A DNA stretch of 64,000 bases, from positions 3,211 to 67,210 of IMG/VR virus record IMGVR_UViG_3300042332_000715, one strand, 5' to 3'. Below the pieces are notes generated by a model, which saw only the letters and a program-made list of their open reading frames with translations, was not told the origin of the DNA and did no database searches. Source of the stretch: a virus. The translations under genes and the position numbers were made by a program. Of the stretch, positions 9,213-18,608 are shown in pieces. Within the stretch, counting starts at the first letter, position 1. Each line of letters starts with the position of its first letter.

Positions 9213-9306
9213 TTGACAATCCCATCGAAATACTGTAGAATACGAAAGGCTAGTAAGGTGGTACTTACTAGCCTTTCTAACCACTCAAAATAGGACAGTA
9301 TTTCAA
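9213..9306 (+). promoter_or_regulatory. promoter TTGACA-N17-TAGAAT plus leader hairpin of HNH gene 2
   Basis: -35 at 9213-9218, -10 at 9236-9241; 14-bp stem 9244-9257 / 9264-9277. Confidence 0.8.
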
Positions 9307-9405
9307 ATGGCTGATTACATTGTAATCAACGGTATCCGTATTGCAAGTGATTTTGAACCAGAAACCTTCGGTCGTTTAACGACCATAGGTCCGAGGTTTA
9401 TGGTA
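9271..9405 (+). repeat. 135-bp direct repeat, identical to 13101-13235
   Basis: leader plus first 33 codons of HNH2 and HNH3 identical by direct comparison. Confidence 0.9.
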
Positions 9406-9987
9406 GGGAGAAGATCTTATCAAGTGTGTCAATGTAACTGTGGTGCGATTAAGGTGATAGCTACGTCGTCTTTAATGTCCGGCTATACTGTAAGTTGCGG
9501 ATGCCAACGTAACGAAACTAATAGCAAACGCCTAACCAGACATGGTAAAGTACGAACTTCTGTATATAGGGCTTGGCAACACATGAAAGGTCGTTGTTAC
9601 GATAAAAACGATGTAATGTATCCATGCTATGGCGGGCGTGGCATCAAAGTATGCGACCGCTGGCTTGAGCCAGATGGTCGCGGCTTTATAAATTTCTTAG
9701 AAGACATGGGACAGAAGCCCAGTCCGAAACATTCGATTGATCGAATAGATAACGACGGCAACTACGAGCCAGATAATTGCCGTTGGGCAACTTTGTCTGA
9801 GCAGGCACGCAATAAAACTACTAATCGTTATGTAACTGCGTTCGGCCAAACGCGACCATTGGTGGAATTAGTCGAGCAGTATTCCTTACCTTATTCCATT
9901 GTATTTTATAGGATACAAGATGGCTGGTCGCCAGAAGATGCACTTACTAAGCCGCTTGGGAGCAGACGTGACAAGAAAAACCCTTAA
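9307..9987 (+). CDS. free-standing HNH homing endonuclease 2
   Basis: YGGRGIKVCDRW, HSIDRIDNDGNYEPDNCRWAT. Confidence 0.9.
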   Translation: MADYIVINGIRIASDFEPETFGRLTTIGPRFMVGRRSYQVCQCNCGAIKVIATSSLMSGYTVSCGCQRNETNSKRLTRHGKVRTSVYRAWQHMKGRCYDKNDVMYPCYGGRGIKVCDRWLEPDGRGFINFLEDMGQKPSPKHSIDRIDNDGNYEPDNCRWATLSEQARNKTTNRYVTAFGQTRPLVELVEQYSLPYSIVFYRIQDGWSPEDALTKPLGSRRDKKNP

Positions 9988-11305
9988 ACAGCACCAGATC
10001 GAAGCCGTCGATTTTGCCGTCAAGAATAACGGCAAAATCATTAACGGCGATACGGTCGGTCTTGGCAAGAGCCTCAGCACTATCGGCTACTTCGAAAAGC
10101 TGGACAAGTGGCCAGTATTGGTCGTATGTCCGTCTAGTGTTAAGTATCACTGGAAGAATGAGTTTGAGGAATACATCGGCGACAAGGCTATCGTAGTAGA
10201 GGGCGAAACGCTCTGCGAGGGCGAAATACGCCACAGATGCGTAATCATTAACTACGACATTCTAGCTTCCCAGCTAGCTTGGCTTTGTGAACAGAACTTC
10301 GAATGTGTAGTGTTTGATGAATGCCAGATGCTAGCCAACCTTACGACCGGATGGACAAAAGCTGCTCGTATCCTCGCAAAGCGATGTCCGAGGGTCATGG
10401 GTTTAAGTGCTACTCCGATAAACAATCGGCCAGCCGATTTCTGGCCTGTGTTGAACATGGTTCGACCTGACCTATTCCCGTCTTTCAAAGAGTACGCATG
10501 GAAGTATTGTGCTCCGACACTCAACTTCGGGCGTTGGGAATATAAAGGTGCTGAGAACATGGATCAGTTACACGGAATCCTGAAAGGATTTATGATCCGC
10601 AGGAACAAGAGCGTCCTTAATCTCCCGCCGCAAACCTTGCGGATAGAGTTCGTGGACATGGTAAACAGAGAAGCCTACGATCTATTGCACCGAGAGTACG
10701 TTACTGCGTCTAGACGCAGCAGGTTCGGCGGAAAGAATGCCGGTGCATACCGGCTAACTTTATTGCAAAATCTGCTTATGCTGGTGGCTCGCTGTAAAGC
10801 GAGAAGCACAGTCGAATGGATTCGGAACTACCTCGACACAAATCCTAATGAAAAGCTGATAGCTTTCTGCACGCATACGCAGATGCTAGACGTTATCCAT
10901 CGACGTGGAGCACCGGAAGGGCAGTCGATGTTCATTAACGGTAGTGTCGCTTCGAAGCGACGAACCGAACTAATACAGAGGTTCCAGACTGATCCTAGCT
11001 GTAGGCTAGCCGTATGTAACATTAAGGCCGCAGGAGCGGGTATCACGCTCACAGCGGCTACTAAGGCGGTAGTCTGCGAACTTCCCTGGACAGCCAAAGA
11101 TATCACGCAGATCATGGGAAGGAATCACCGGATCGGTCAGACCCGCGAAACGGAGATGATTTTTCTCTTGACCAAAGATACTATCGAAGAAAAACTTTGT
11201 AGGGTGATTCAGGAGAAGCAGGCTATCCACGAAGCGATCATCGAAGGCAAGAAACTAAACGACCTACCGATCCACAAGATGCTGGAAATGGAGATGGGAA
11301 AATAA
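9968..11305 (+). CDS. SNF2/SWI2-family helicase
   Basis: GDTVGLGKS, DECQ, LSATP, GAGITLT, QIMGRNHRIGQ; likely GTG start at 9968. Confidence 0.92.
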   Translation: MTRKTLKQHQIEAVDFAVKNNGKIINGDTVGLGKSLSTIGYFEKLDKWPVLVVCPSSVKYHWKNEFEEYIGDKAIVVEGETLCEGEIRHRCVIINYDILASQLAWLCEQNFECVVFDECQMLANLTTGWTKAARILAKRCPRVMGLSATPINNRPADFWPVLNMVRPDLFPSFKEYAWKYCAPTLNFGRWEYKGAENMDQLHGILKGFMIRRNKSVLNLPPQTLRIEFVDMVNREAYDLLHREYVTASRRSRFGGKNAGAYRLTLLQNLLMLVARCKARSTVEWIRNYLDTNPNEKLIAFCTHTQMLDVIHRRGAPEGQSMFINGSVASKRRTELIQRFQTDPSCRLAVCNIKAAGAGITLTAATKAVVCELPWTAKDITQIMGRNHRIGQTRETEMIFLLTKDTIEEKLCRVIQEKQAIHEAIIEGKKLNDLPIHKMLEMEMGK

Positions 11306-11604
11306 TGGGAACGGTATACGCAATCGTCTGCGACGAAGTCAGAGAGAAAATAGACCCTAGCTCAATTAGTGGCAATCACAATAAACTACATCGCATATGC
11401 GAGCCTGGGCATCCCATCGGAGCTGTCGCGTTGTTCGCCTTATGGAGTAGATGGGAGTGGTTCCCGATTACGCTAGCGGCGGATACCGCCGTGGAAGATC
11501 CCCTTACCGGGCTTCAACCCTACGACGACTACCGCGACGTAACGTCGCAGGTACTTGCGGCCTATAATGACTATTACGACACAGACCTACAATACACACC
11601 ATGA
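11305..11604 (+). CDS. hypothetical protein
   Basis: TAATG coupling to the helicase gene. Confidence 0.6.
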   Translation: MGTVYAIVCDEVREKIDPSSISGNHNKLHRICEPGHPIGAVALFALWSRWEWFPITLAADTAVEDPLTGLQPYDDYRDVTSQVLAAYNDYYDTDLQYTP

Positions 11605-11828
11605 CCAAACAAGTCCCCCTCACAGAAGTTCCGACCGATCTACAGGAAAATTTCAAGGATTTCTGTAGAATAAACGATTGGACCGAAGCAGAAGTGCTGA
11701 CGCACCTAATGCTTTATGCACTGAAACAAGATGTAAACCTAGCGATTCCACTTCATTCTCAACGGACAGGTATGTACCTGAAAAAAGAAAAATGGTTACA
11801 CGAACAATTGCAGCGTTTGGGTTGGTAG
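11601..11828 (+). CDS. hypothetical protein, possible ribbon-helix-helix DNA binder
   Basis: ATGA overlap; pattern V-P-x-D-L...F...C...T-x-A-E-V-L. Confidence 0.5.
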   Translation: MTKQVPLTEVPTDLQENFKDFCRINDWTEAEVLTHLMLYALKQDVNLAIPLHSQRTGMYLKKEKWLHEQLQRLGW

Positions 11829-12520
11829 TAGTTCTACTTATATCGCAGGTCGCTTTTGGGATTGATCCCGAGGCTAACGCGGTATTCCGCGTGCGAACTC
11901 CGGCTATGGCCGATGGATCATATGGCCAGGGAACTTGCTTCGCCATTAAGCAAACTGATACTACTTTGTACTTAGGTACTGCTTTCCACGTCGTCGAGAC
12001 GACGAAGGGCAACATTACTACGGGCTATGCCTATCAGTTGGAGAGCGATACGCTCAAGGACTTACCTAAGGCTAAGGTGGTGGCAGTAGACATCAAGGCC
12101 GATATAGCTGTGCTGGCGTGCCAGCTTGAGCGGAAGTTCGATATTCTGCCTTTGGTATCGGTGGAGAACATGAAAGACGTAAGGAAAATAGGCTTTGCCT
12201 ATGGACCTTCGGGACGTGAAGTAAAGTTCCACGGATATGCTTCGGGATTCTGGCTAGAAACTTCTGGGATTTTATCGTTCGCATACGAGAACTATGTGTA
12301 TAGTGATGGAGTAGTCGCCCCTGGTCAAAGCGGCGGACCCGCAACGACCGATGGCGTAATTATAGGTGTTGTATCAGGAGGTAGTTCTTGGTACGATGCC
12401 GTCGAGGACAAAGAAAAGCCGGTGACTTGGCCTGCTCGACTAGGGAGCGCAAGGCGGCTCCAAGAAATACTAGATTGGGCAGTTAAGCAGAATGACGTTT
12501 CAAAGCCTACAACAAAATAA
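11792..12520 (+). CDS. secreted trypsin-like serine protease
   Basis: signal peptide from the ATG at 11792; catalytic triad motifs TAFHVV, DIAVL, PGQSGGP. Confidence 0.88.
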   Translation: MVTRTIAAFGLVVVLLISQVAFGIDPEANAVFRVRTPAMADGSYGQGTCFAIKQTDTTLYLGTAFHVVETTKGNITTGYAYQLESDTLKDLPKAKVVAVDIKADIAVLACQLERKFDILPLVSVENMKDVRKIGFAYGPSGREVKFHGYASGFWLETSGILSFAYENYVYSDGVVAPGQSGGPATTDGVIIGVVSGGSSWYDAVEDKEKPVTWPARLGSARRLQEILDWAVKQNDVSKPTTK

Positions 12521-13040
12521 ATCGGGTCCAAGCCCCGCTGTAGAACTCCATACCAGATACGGTCGATTAACGAATGGCAAGTCCAAAATCGGCGACTGGA
12601 GGAATCTTCTACAGCGGGATTTTTCTTTTGACGAACTATCCAGCCTGATTAACTGGCTAGAAGTTCACAGGGCAGGAGCGTTTCCTTCATCGACTACCAT
12701 ACTAAGGAACATCAAGGATATGCTTGCTGAAAGCAAGAACGATCCGGTAGCCTGCCGTATCAATGTATCTATGATGGCTATGGACATGTGTGAGTTGATT
12801 CACCATGCAGGGCATCCGGTCGAACCAGAACTGGTTCAAGATGCTCTTGATAAGTACAGAGAATACTTAACCAGCCATCCACCTGAGTTTGATTTCTTAG
12901 ATTCTCCATCTACTTTCGTGCATGACTGGTTCGTAGTACGCGCTCGTTATGGCTCGCCGCGAATGCGGCGTTTCCATCTTGAGCATGTAAAGTTCAAGGA
13001 ATACATTGCGCTCGTGAAACGAGCTATGGAAAGAGGGTAA
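12492..13040 (+). CDS. hypothetical protein
   Basis: 182-aa ORF in the replication region. Confidence 0.65.
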   Translation: MTFQSLQQNKSGPSPAVELHTRYGRLTNGKSKIGDWRNLLQRDFSFDELSSLINWLEVHRAGAFPSSTTILRNIKDMLAESKNDPVACRINVSMMAMDMCELIHHAGHPVEPELVQDALDKYREYLTSHPPEFDFLDSPSTFVHDWFVVRARYGSPRMRRFHLEHVKFKEYIALVKRAMERG

Positions 13041-13042
13041 TT

Positions 13043-13136
13043 TTGACAATCACGCCAGAATACTGTAGAATACGAAAGGCCGCGAGTAACCACACTCACG
13101 GCCTTTCTAACCACTCAAAATAGGACAGTATTTCAA
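13043..13136 (+). promoter_or_regulatory. promoter TTGACA-N17-TAGAAT plus leader hairpin of HNH gene 3
   Basis: -35 at 13043-13048, -10 at 13066-13071; stem 13074-13086 / 13095-13107. Confidence 0.8.
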
Positions 13137-13829
13137 ATGGCTGATTACATTGTAATCAACGGTATCCGTATTGCAAGTGATTTTGAACCAGAAACCTTCG
13201 GTCGTTTAACGACCATAGGTCCGAGGTTTATGGTATCCAGCGGATCAGGTAAACGATACGTTTACCAAGTGTGTAGATGTGTGTGCGGTACAATCAAAGT
13301 AGTTAATATATCCGAAGCCAAACAACGAAAAATAGCCAGTTGCGGTTGTCTTAAACGAGAAGAAAACATAGGCAATCGATTCGCTTATAAACACGGAGAA
13401 ACACACCGCACGCCTGAATACAACACATGGACTGATATACGAAAACGATGTAACTGTAAATCATGTAATGATTACCCAGATTACGGCGGACGTGGGATCA
13501 AAATATGTGACAGATGGGCATTACTGAAAGGTATCGGCTATTCGAATTTTCTAGAGGACATGGGTAGACGCCCTAGCACGAAACATTCGATTGATCGAAT
13601 AGACGTGAATGGCGATTATTGCCCAGAGAACTGTAGATGGGCAACAATGCACGAGCAAAACGCAAACAAACGCAACAATGTATTGCTGACATACAACGGA
13701 GAGACTAAGACACAGGCTCAGTGGGCGAGAGACATAGGCATAACGACTCAAACCCTGTACGCCCGCCTTAGGCGGGGATGGTCATTAGAAAAAGCCCTTA
13801 CAGAGCCGGTAACGCAACCCAAGAAATGA
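13137..13829 (+). CDS. free-standing HNH homing endonuclease 3
   Basis: same motif set as HNH2; C-terminal HTH-like segment. Confidence 0.9.
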   Translation: MADYIVINGIRIASDFEPETFGRLTTIGPRFMVSSGSGKRYVYQVCRCVCGTIKVVNISEAKQRKIASCGCLKREENIGNRFAYKHGETHRTPEYNTWTDIRKRCNCKSCNDYPDYGGRGIKICDRWALLKGIGYSNFLEDMGRRPSTKHSIDRIDVNGDYCPENCRWATMHEQNANKRNNVLLTYNGETKTQAQWARDIGITTQTLYARLRRGWSLEKALTEPVTQPKK

Positions 13830-14698
13830 TTACTGACTTTCTTACAAAATACGGCGTGGAATACTCGACAACATCGAAACATTCCCGCCCAGGCTGGCTG
13901 CAAACTTACTGTCCGCGATGCCATTCAGATCGTTGGCATTGCGGCATCAAAGAGACGCTTGACCGTAGTTCGTGTTATGTTTGTGGAGGTTGGCACCTTC
14001 CTAAGTTGTTGAAGGCGCTAACTAATGCGTCTTGGCAGGAGATCAGTGAACTCCTAGGCCAGAGAGCGTATGTGCGAGCAGAAGCTAATGATGTTCCATT
14101 AGGTACGTATACTCCGCCCACCAATCTAGTCGGCATAGCCGAATGTGATGCGGTCCATGCTTACGTCCTAGAGCGGGGTCTAGACCCCGATTACCTAGAA
14201 TCTGTGTGGGATATACGGGCCACAGGTCCATTCTCCAATTACCCATTCCGCTTGTTCATCCCGATTCACAAAGGCAAACGGATCGTTTCGTGGACGGCTA
14301 GGGCCGCGTGCGGCCAAGAGCCTCGCTACCAAACGGCTTCGGCTATGCAGAAGTCGTTCGACGAGAAAAAAATGCTTTTCGGGAATCAGTTTATCCGCGA
14401 AGCGGCTATAATAGTCGAGGGTCCGTTATCAGCTATCAATGTAGGGCGAGGGGCAGTTGCTACGCTAGGCGTAGCCTACACTCAGCAGCAAGTTAACTTG
14501 ATGGCCGACATTTGGAGGAGAATCATTGTGTTCGATAACGAACCCAAGGCACAGGCTCGGGCAAGACAACTAGCTGACCAGCTAGCCGTCTTTCCTGGCG
14601 AGACATTTGTTGTTAATCTAGATGCGCCAGATCCCGGTTCGGCTAGCCGAACAGAGGTCAGACAGTTACGCGATTTCGCGTTTGGGAAAGGAAAGTAA
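13826..14698 (+). CDS. DNA primase (zinc finger plus TOPRIM)
   Basis: CPRC...CYVC, IIVEGP, VFDNE; ATGA overlap start at 13826. Confidence 0.85.
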   Translation: MITDFLTKYGVEYSTTSKHSRPGWLQTYCPRCHSDRWHCGIKETLDRSSCYVCGGWHLPKLLKALTNASWQEISELLGQRAYVRAEANDVPLGTYTPPTNLVGIAECDAVHAYVLERGLDPDYLESVWDIRATGPFSNYPFRLFIPIHKGKRIVSWTARAACGQEPRYQTASAMQKSFDEKKMLFGNQFIREAAIIVEGPLSAINVGRGAVATLGVAYTQQQVNLMADIWRRIIVFDNEPKAQARARQLADQLAVFPGETFVVNLDAPDPGSASRTEVRQLRDFAFGKGK

Positions 14699-14699
14699 A

Positions 14700-15035
14700 A
14701 TGGCTGAATTCGAAAAGAAATCGATTCATTTCATGGATCATCATCTAAAGGAAGAAACGACTATTACCATCAAGCCAGGAATGGGCTGGTGTCTGTGGAC
14801 AGACAAAGGCCCATCTGGACCTTGCGCACAGTCTATGGACACTACGATGCCGTGGGGCGGCATTCTATTCTTCCCTGATTACGACGCTTGCGTCGAATTC
14901 CTAAAGAACAAGAAAGTACGCCCTGGCGTACAAACTAACCTTCTATGGGGTGAGGTAGGTAGCTTTGGTACGGGCAACATAACCCTAACAGTCGTGGAAC
15001 GACTACCGGGGGAGAGTGAAATAAATGCAGATTGA
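14700..15035 (+). CDS. hypothetical protein
   Basis: SD GAAAGGAAAG before the ATG at 14700. Confidence 0.6.
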   Translation: MAEFEKKSIHFMDHHLKEETTITIKPGMGWCLWTDKGPSGPCAQSMDTTMPWGGILFFPDYDACVEFLKNKKVRPGVQTNLLWGEVGSFGTGNITLTVVERLPGESEINAD

Positions 15036-16413
15036 GGAGGTAAATGGCAGCGATGAACGGCTAGCCGTTACTGCGTTGTGCCTAGATACTGCTACGCTAG
15101 CTAAGGTAGCTCCGGCATTGCCGGAGAATCCTTTTCCTAGTAAGTGGAGCAATCGAGTCGCCTCTTGGTGCGTATCGCACTACCAGCAATTTTCGGAGGC
15201 TCCCGGTCCTGTAGCCCTAACAGCGATTTACGCTGAATGGGCATCTACGGCAGATGAAACCATATCACAACTTGTCGGTAAATTTCTTTCATCGCTTTCA
15301 GCGATAGACATGAATACCGAGTATTGCGTGGACTTAATCGAGCGTCTAGTACGCAAGACCGCTACGCGGTCAATCGTAGATAAGGCAATGGCGGCTCTCT
15401 CTAACGGGAAACTAGAGGAAGCCGTAAGTGCCATACAGGGCTGGAAGCCCCCTAAAATCGCGCAGGACGCTGAATTTGTCGAACCCCTTGATGATATCAG
15501 TGTTATCGAGGACGCGTTCGAGAAGGCCCATTACGAGCCTTTAATCACGTTCAAAGCCGATTCAGCGATTGGCCGATTCTTCGGCCCTACGCTCCATCGA
15601 GATGCTTTGGTCGTGTTTTGCGGTCCCGACAAGTCGGGTAAAAGCTCGCACTTGGCGAGCCTATGTCAAAGGGCTATGGTACAAGGCAAGCGGGTCGCTT
15701 ATATCAACATAGGCGATTTGAGCCAAGAACAAGCCCTGAAGCGATGGACTACAGCTTTCGTCGGGCGACCGGCGTATCGCTGCAAGTACAACCTGCCGAC
15801 TGAAATTGAATACAAAGAGAAAGAATTTTCCCTGAAATACGAAACTCGGCTTGCCGAGTCTGGCTATAGTATGGATGATGCTAAACTCGCTTGGCAGCGA
15901 CTAAGCGAGTTAGCACCGAAAAGGCTGCGATTCGTTAGCCGACCAGCAAACACGATGACCGTCGAGGACTTGCGTGATATGCTGCTAGGCTGGGCGAATC
16001 AAGGCTGGGTGGCCGATGTAGTCGGCGTGGATTATGCCGCCCTTCTCGCCCCTTCCAGGGGCATTAAGGAAAGGCATGAAGCACTCGATCACATTTGGAA
16101 GTCGTTAAGGCAGATAAGCCAAGAGCTAAAAGTCCTGATGCTTACAGCATCCCAGACTAATGCTGACGCTTATAATGCCGCGACGTACTGGATCACTAAG
16201 GCTAACTTTTCGGGTAGCAAAGGCATTTGGGCACACTGTAACGCGGCAATCGGTATCAATATAACTAATACTGAAAGACGGCAGCAGGTGTGTAGGTTTA
16301 ATTTCATAGCTCAGCGAGAGCGAGAGTATATGTCGGATCTTCCGACTGAATACATCGCTGTTGCTGGATGTCCGCATATCGGACGTTTTCATTTACTTTC
16401 GGAGTTTATTTGA
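15025..16413 (+). CDS. DnaB-like replicative helicase
   Basis: Walker A GPDKSGKS, VGVDY, LTASQTN. Confidence 0.85.
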   Translation: MQIEEVNGSDERLAVTALCLDTATLAKVAPALPENPFPSKWSNRVASWCVSHYQQFSEAPGPVALTAIYAEWASTADETISQLVGKFLSSLSAIDMNTEYCVDLIERLVRKTATRSIVDKAMAALSNGKLEEAVSAIQGWKPPKIAQDAEFVEPLDDISVIEDAFEKAHYEPLITFKADSAIGRFFGPTLHRDALVVFCGPDKSGKSSHLASLCQRAMVQGKRVAYINIGDLSQEQALKRWTTAFVGRPAYRCKYNLPTEIEYKEKEFSLKYETRLAESGYSMDDAKLAWQRLSELAPKRLRFVSRPANTMTVEDLRDMLLGWANQGWVADVVGVDYAALLAPSRGIKERHEALDHIWKSLRQISQELKVLMLTASQTNADAYNAATYWITKANFSGSKGIWAHCNAAIGINITNTERRQQVCRFNFIAQREREYMSDLPTEYIAVAGCPHIGRFHLLSEFI

Positions 16414-16414
16414 A

Positions 16415-16978
16415 ATGGCGAAGTTTAAGGTAGGGGATTTGGTTAGGTGCTTAGATTCAGACGATGCCGTAGGCATCACAAAGCATACCTACTACATGGT
16501 AATGAAGGTCAGCGAAAGCTATCCTACCATCACAATTCGTGATGACGACGGAGAGGAAAGTGAATATCTAAGAGAGCGATTTGAACTAGTTCCACAAACT
16601 CATAGCGATCTCATTGAGTTACCTTTGAAATACGTCTGCGTTAACGAACTATGTCAGATGATCCACGCTTCTAATTTGAAGGCAGGATGGTGGGACGCTG
16701 CCGATAACGCCCTCGTCGTGCCAACGAAGCTAGCGTTGATTCATAGCGAAATCAGCGAAGCATTGGAAAGTCACCGCAAGAACACCAAGGACGACAAGCT
16801 ACCGCAATACGACGGCATCGCCGTCGAGCTAGCGGACGCTGTTATCCGCATTTTCGATCTAGCAGGCTTCCTCGGAATCCCACTTGGCACTATCATGGCA
16901 GAGAAGGAAGCCTTCAACGCCAAACGTGAAGATCACAAAGTCGAAAACCGGGCAAAGCCCCAAGGAAAAAGATACTAA
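16415..16978 (+). CDS. MazG-like nucleotide pyrophosphohydrolase with an N-terminal SH3-like module
   Basis: LALIHSEISEALE, VELADAVIRIFD, FNAKR; start reassigned to 16415. Confidence 0.85.
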   Translation: MAKFKVGDLVRCLDSDDAVGITKHTYYMVMKVSESYPTITIRDDDGEESEYLRERFELVPQTHSDLIELPLKYVCVNELCQMIHASNLKAGWWDAADNALVVPTKLALIHSEISEALESHRKNTKDDKLPQYDGIAVELADAVIRIFDLAGFLGIPLGTIMAEKEAFNAKREDHKVENRAKPQGKRY

Positions 16979-16979
16979 C

Positions 16980-17207
16980 ATGAAAACTGCAATCGTAACT
17001 CTCTGTCTGTTACTGTGCGTAAATACTGTTACGGCCAATGATCGCATAACGATCAGGGACAAAGCAGGTCGCATCCAGTCTACTATTCAATCTTCTGGTA
17101 ATGGACGACTAGTCGTCCGAAACCAAAAGGGTCAAATCACAGGTTCAATAACGATCAAGGGCGGTAACGCCCAATATCGCAATTCGAAAGGTCAGATAGG
17201 GAAGTAG
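16980..17207 (+). CDS. small secreted beta-repeat protein
   Basis: signal peptide MKTAIVTLCLLLCV; repeats RDKAGRI / RNQKGQI / RNSKGQI. Confidence 0.65.
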   Translation: MKTAIVTLCLLLCVNTVTANDRITIRDKAGRIQSTIQSSGNGRLVVRNQKGQITGSITIKGGNAQYRNSKGQIGK

Positions 17208-17210
17208 ACT

Positions 17211-18608
17211 ATGCCGTATCAACCTGCAACAGCCGGAGCCTACAAATTATTCCATCAAGGGACTCTCGCCCTGTCCCGAATGGAAGCAGTAGGCATGCCG
17301 ATTAACCTGCCTAAAATGCAGGCTAATCGAGAGGAAGTCGCACTAAAGATACGTGAAGGCGAAGCTAAGCTGCGCAAACACGAAGTCTATAAGACGCAGC
17401 AGAAGATCTTTGGTAAGGAAACATCTCTCGGTTCCCGAGATCAATTAGCTCATGTGCTGTTCCAGCACATGAAACTAAAGGGTGCGAAACGCACCAAGAA
17501 TGGTAAGTACAAGTTGGACGACGATACTTTACGCTTGCTCGACATGGAGTATTGCGACTCTTTTTTATCACTACAGAAGCTCGTTAAACTTAAAGGGACG
17601 TACCTAGATGCTTTATGCAATCTAGCGGTGGACGGAAGAATACACGGAAGCCTTAACCTACATAAAGTAAAGTCATTCAGAGGATCGGCAGAAGAACCCA
17701 ATCTAAATAATTTACCTAGCAGAAACAAAATTGTCACGGCGTATGTAAAAGGGGCCGTTTGTCCTTCTCCTGGTTATTTGATTGTAGAGTCTGATTACGG
17801 GGCACTTGAAGTTAGAGTCGCTGCGACATACCACAAAGACTCCACAATGTTGTCGTATCTGGAAACAGGGTATGATATGCACAGAGAGATTGCTAAGCAA
17901 TGCTTTCTGTATGACGACGAGTTTATAGAAGCCAATACTTCGCTTGCGAAGGATCTTAGAACAGAAGCTAAGGGAGCAGCTACCTTTGCATTTTGTTATG
18001 GCTCTACGCACCCAGAAGTCGCACAGCGACTATGGAAAATAGCCAACAAGAAAAACATGCTTGCACATTTAGCATCAAAAGGCATTAAACGCCTCGGTAT
18101 GGAATACGATGCTGTAGAAAGTAGGTGGATAATAAATCATGGCCCAGATGCTTTAGTTACCCATATTAAAGCAGTCGAGTACGACTTCTGGAATGTACGA
18201 TTCCCGTTTTATGGTCAATGGAGATTGGATTGGTACAGAGCATACATGCAAAAAGGTTTCTGTATGAACCATACAGGCTTTATGTGGTATGGCGTAGAAC
18301 GTAAGACGTTTATAAATAATTTTCCGATCCAAAGTACGGCTTTTCATATACTATTACAAGCTATCATACTAATACAACAAGAACTTATAAAGAGAAAGAT
18401 GAAGTCTAGGCTGTTCTTAGAGATACACGACTCCATCTTGGCAGAAGTCTACGAGCCTGAACTAGAGGAGTACATAGCATTGACTACAGACATAATGACG
18501 AATAAAATGCGTCAGATGTACGACTGGCTTTGCTTGGATCTGGTCGTGGAGCACGAATACTCACCGCTTTCTTGGGCGGATAAGAAGCCATACGAAGGGA
18601 AATACTAG
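17211..18608 (+). CDS. polA: family A DNA polymerase, polymerase domain only
   Basis: PNLNNLP, DYGALEVR, DMH, AKGAATFAFCYG, NFPIQSTA, EIHDS; no N-terminal exonuclease. Confidence 0.92.
   Translation: MPYQPATAGAYKLFHQGTLALSRMEAVGMPINLPKMQANREEVALKIREGEAKLRKHEVYKTQQKIFGKETSLGSRDQLAHVLFQHMKLKGAKRTKNGKYKLDDDTLRLLDMEYCDSFLSLQKLVKLKGTYLDALCNLAVDGRIHGSLNLHKVKSFRGSAEEPNLNNLPSRNKIVTAYVKGAVCPSPGYLIVESDYGALEVRVAATYHKDSTMLSYLETGYDMHREIAKQCFLYDDEFIEANTSLAKDLRTEAKGAATFAFCYGSTHPEVAQRLWKIANKKNMLAHLASKGIKRLGMEYDAVESRWIINHGPDALVTHIKAVEYDFWNVRFPFYGQWRLDWYRAYMQKGFCMNHTGFMWYGVERKTFINNFPIQSTAFHILLQAIILIQQELIKRKMKSRLFLEIHDSILAEVYEPELEEYIALTTDIMTNKMRQMYDWLCLDLVVEHEYSPLSWADKKPYEGKY

Noticed and set aside
9307-13829. 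Diversity-generating retroelement or intron-encoded status for the HNH repeats
   Set aside because: No reverse transcriptase, no adenine-specific mismatch pattern, and the flanking genes are not interrupted; the HNH genes are free-standing with their own promoters.
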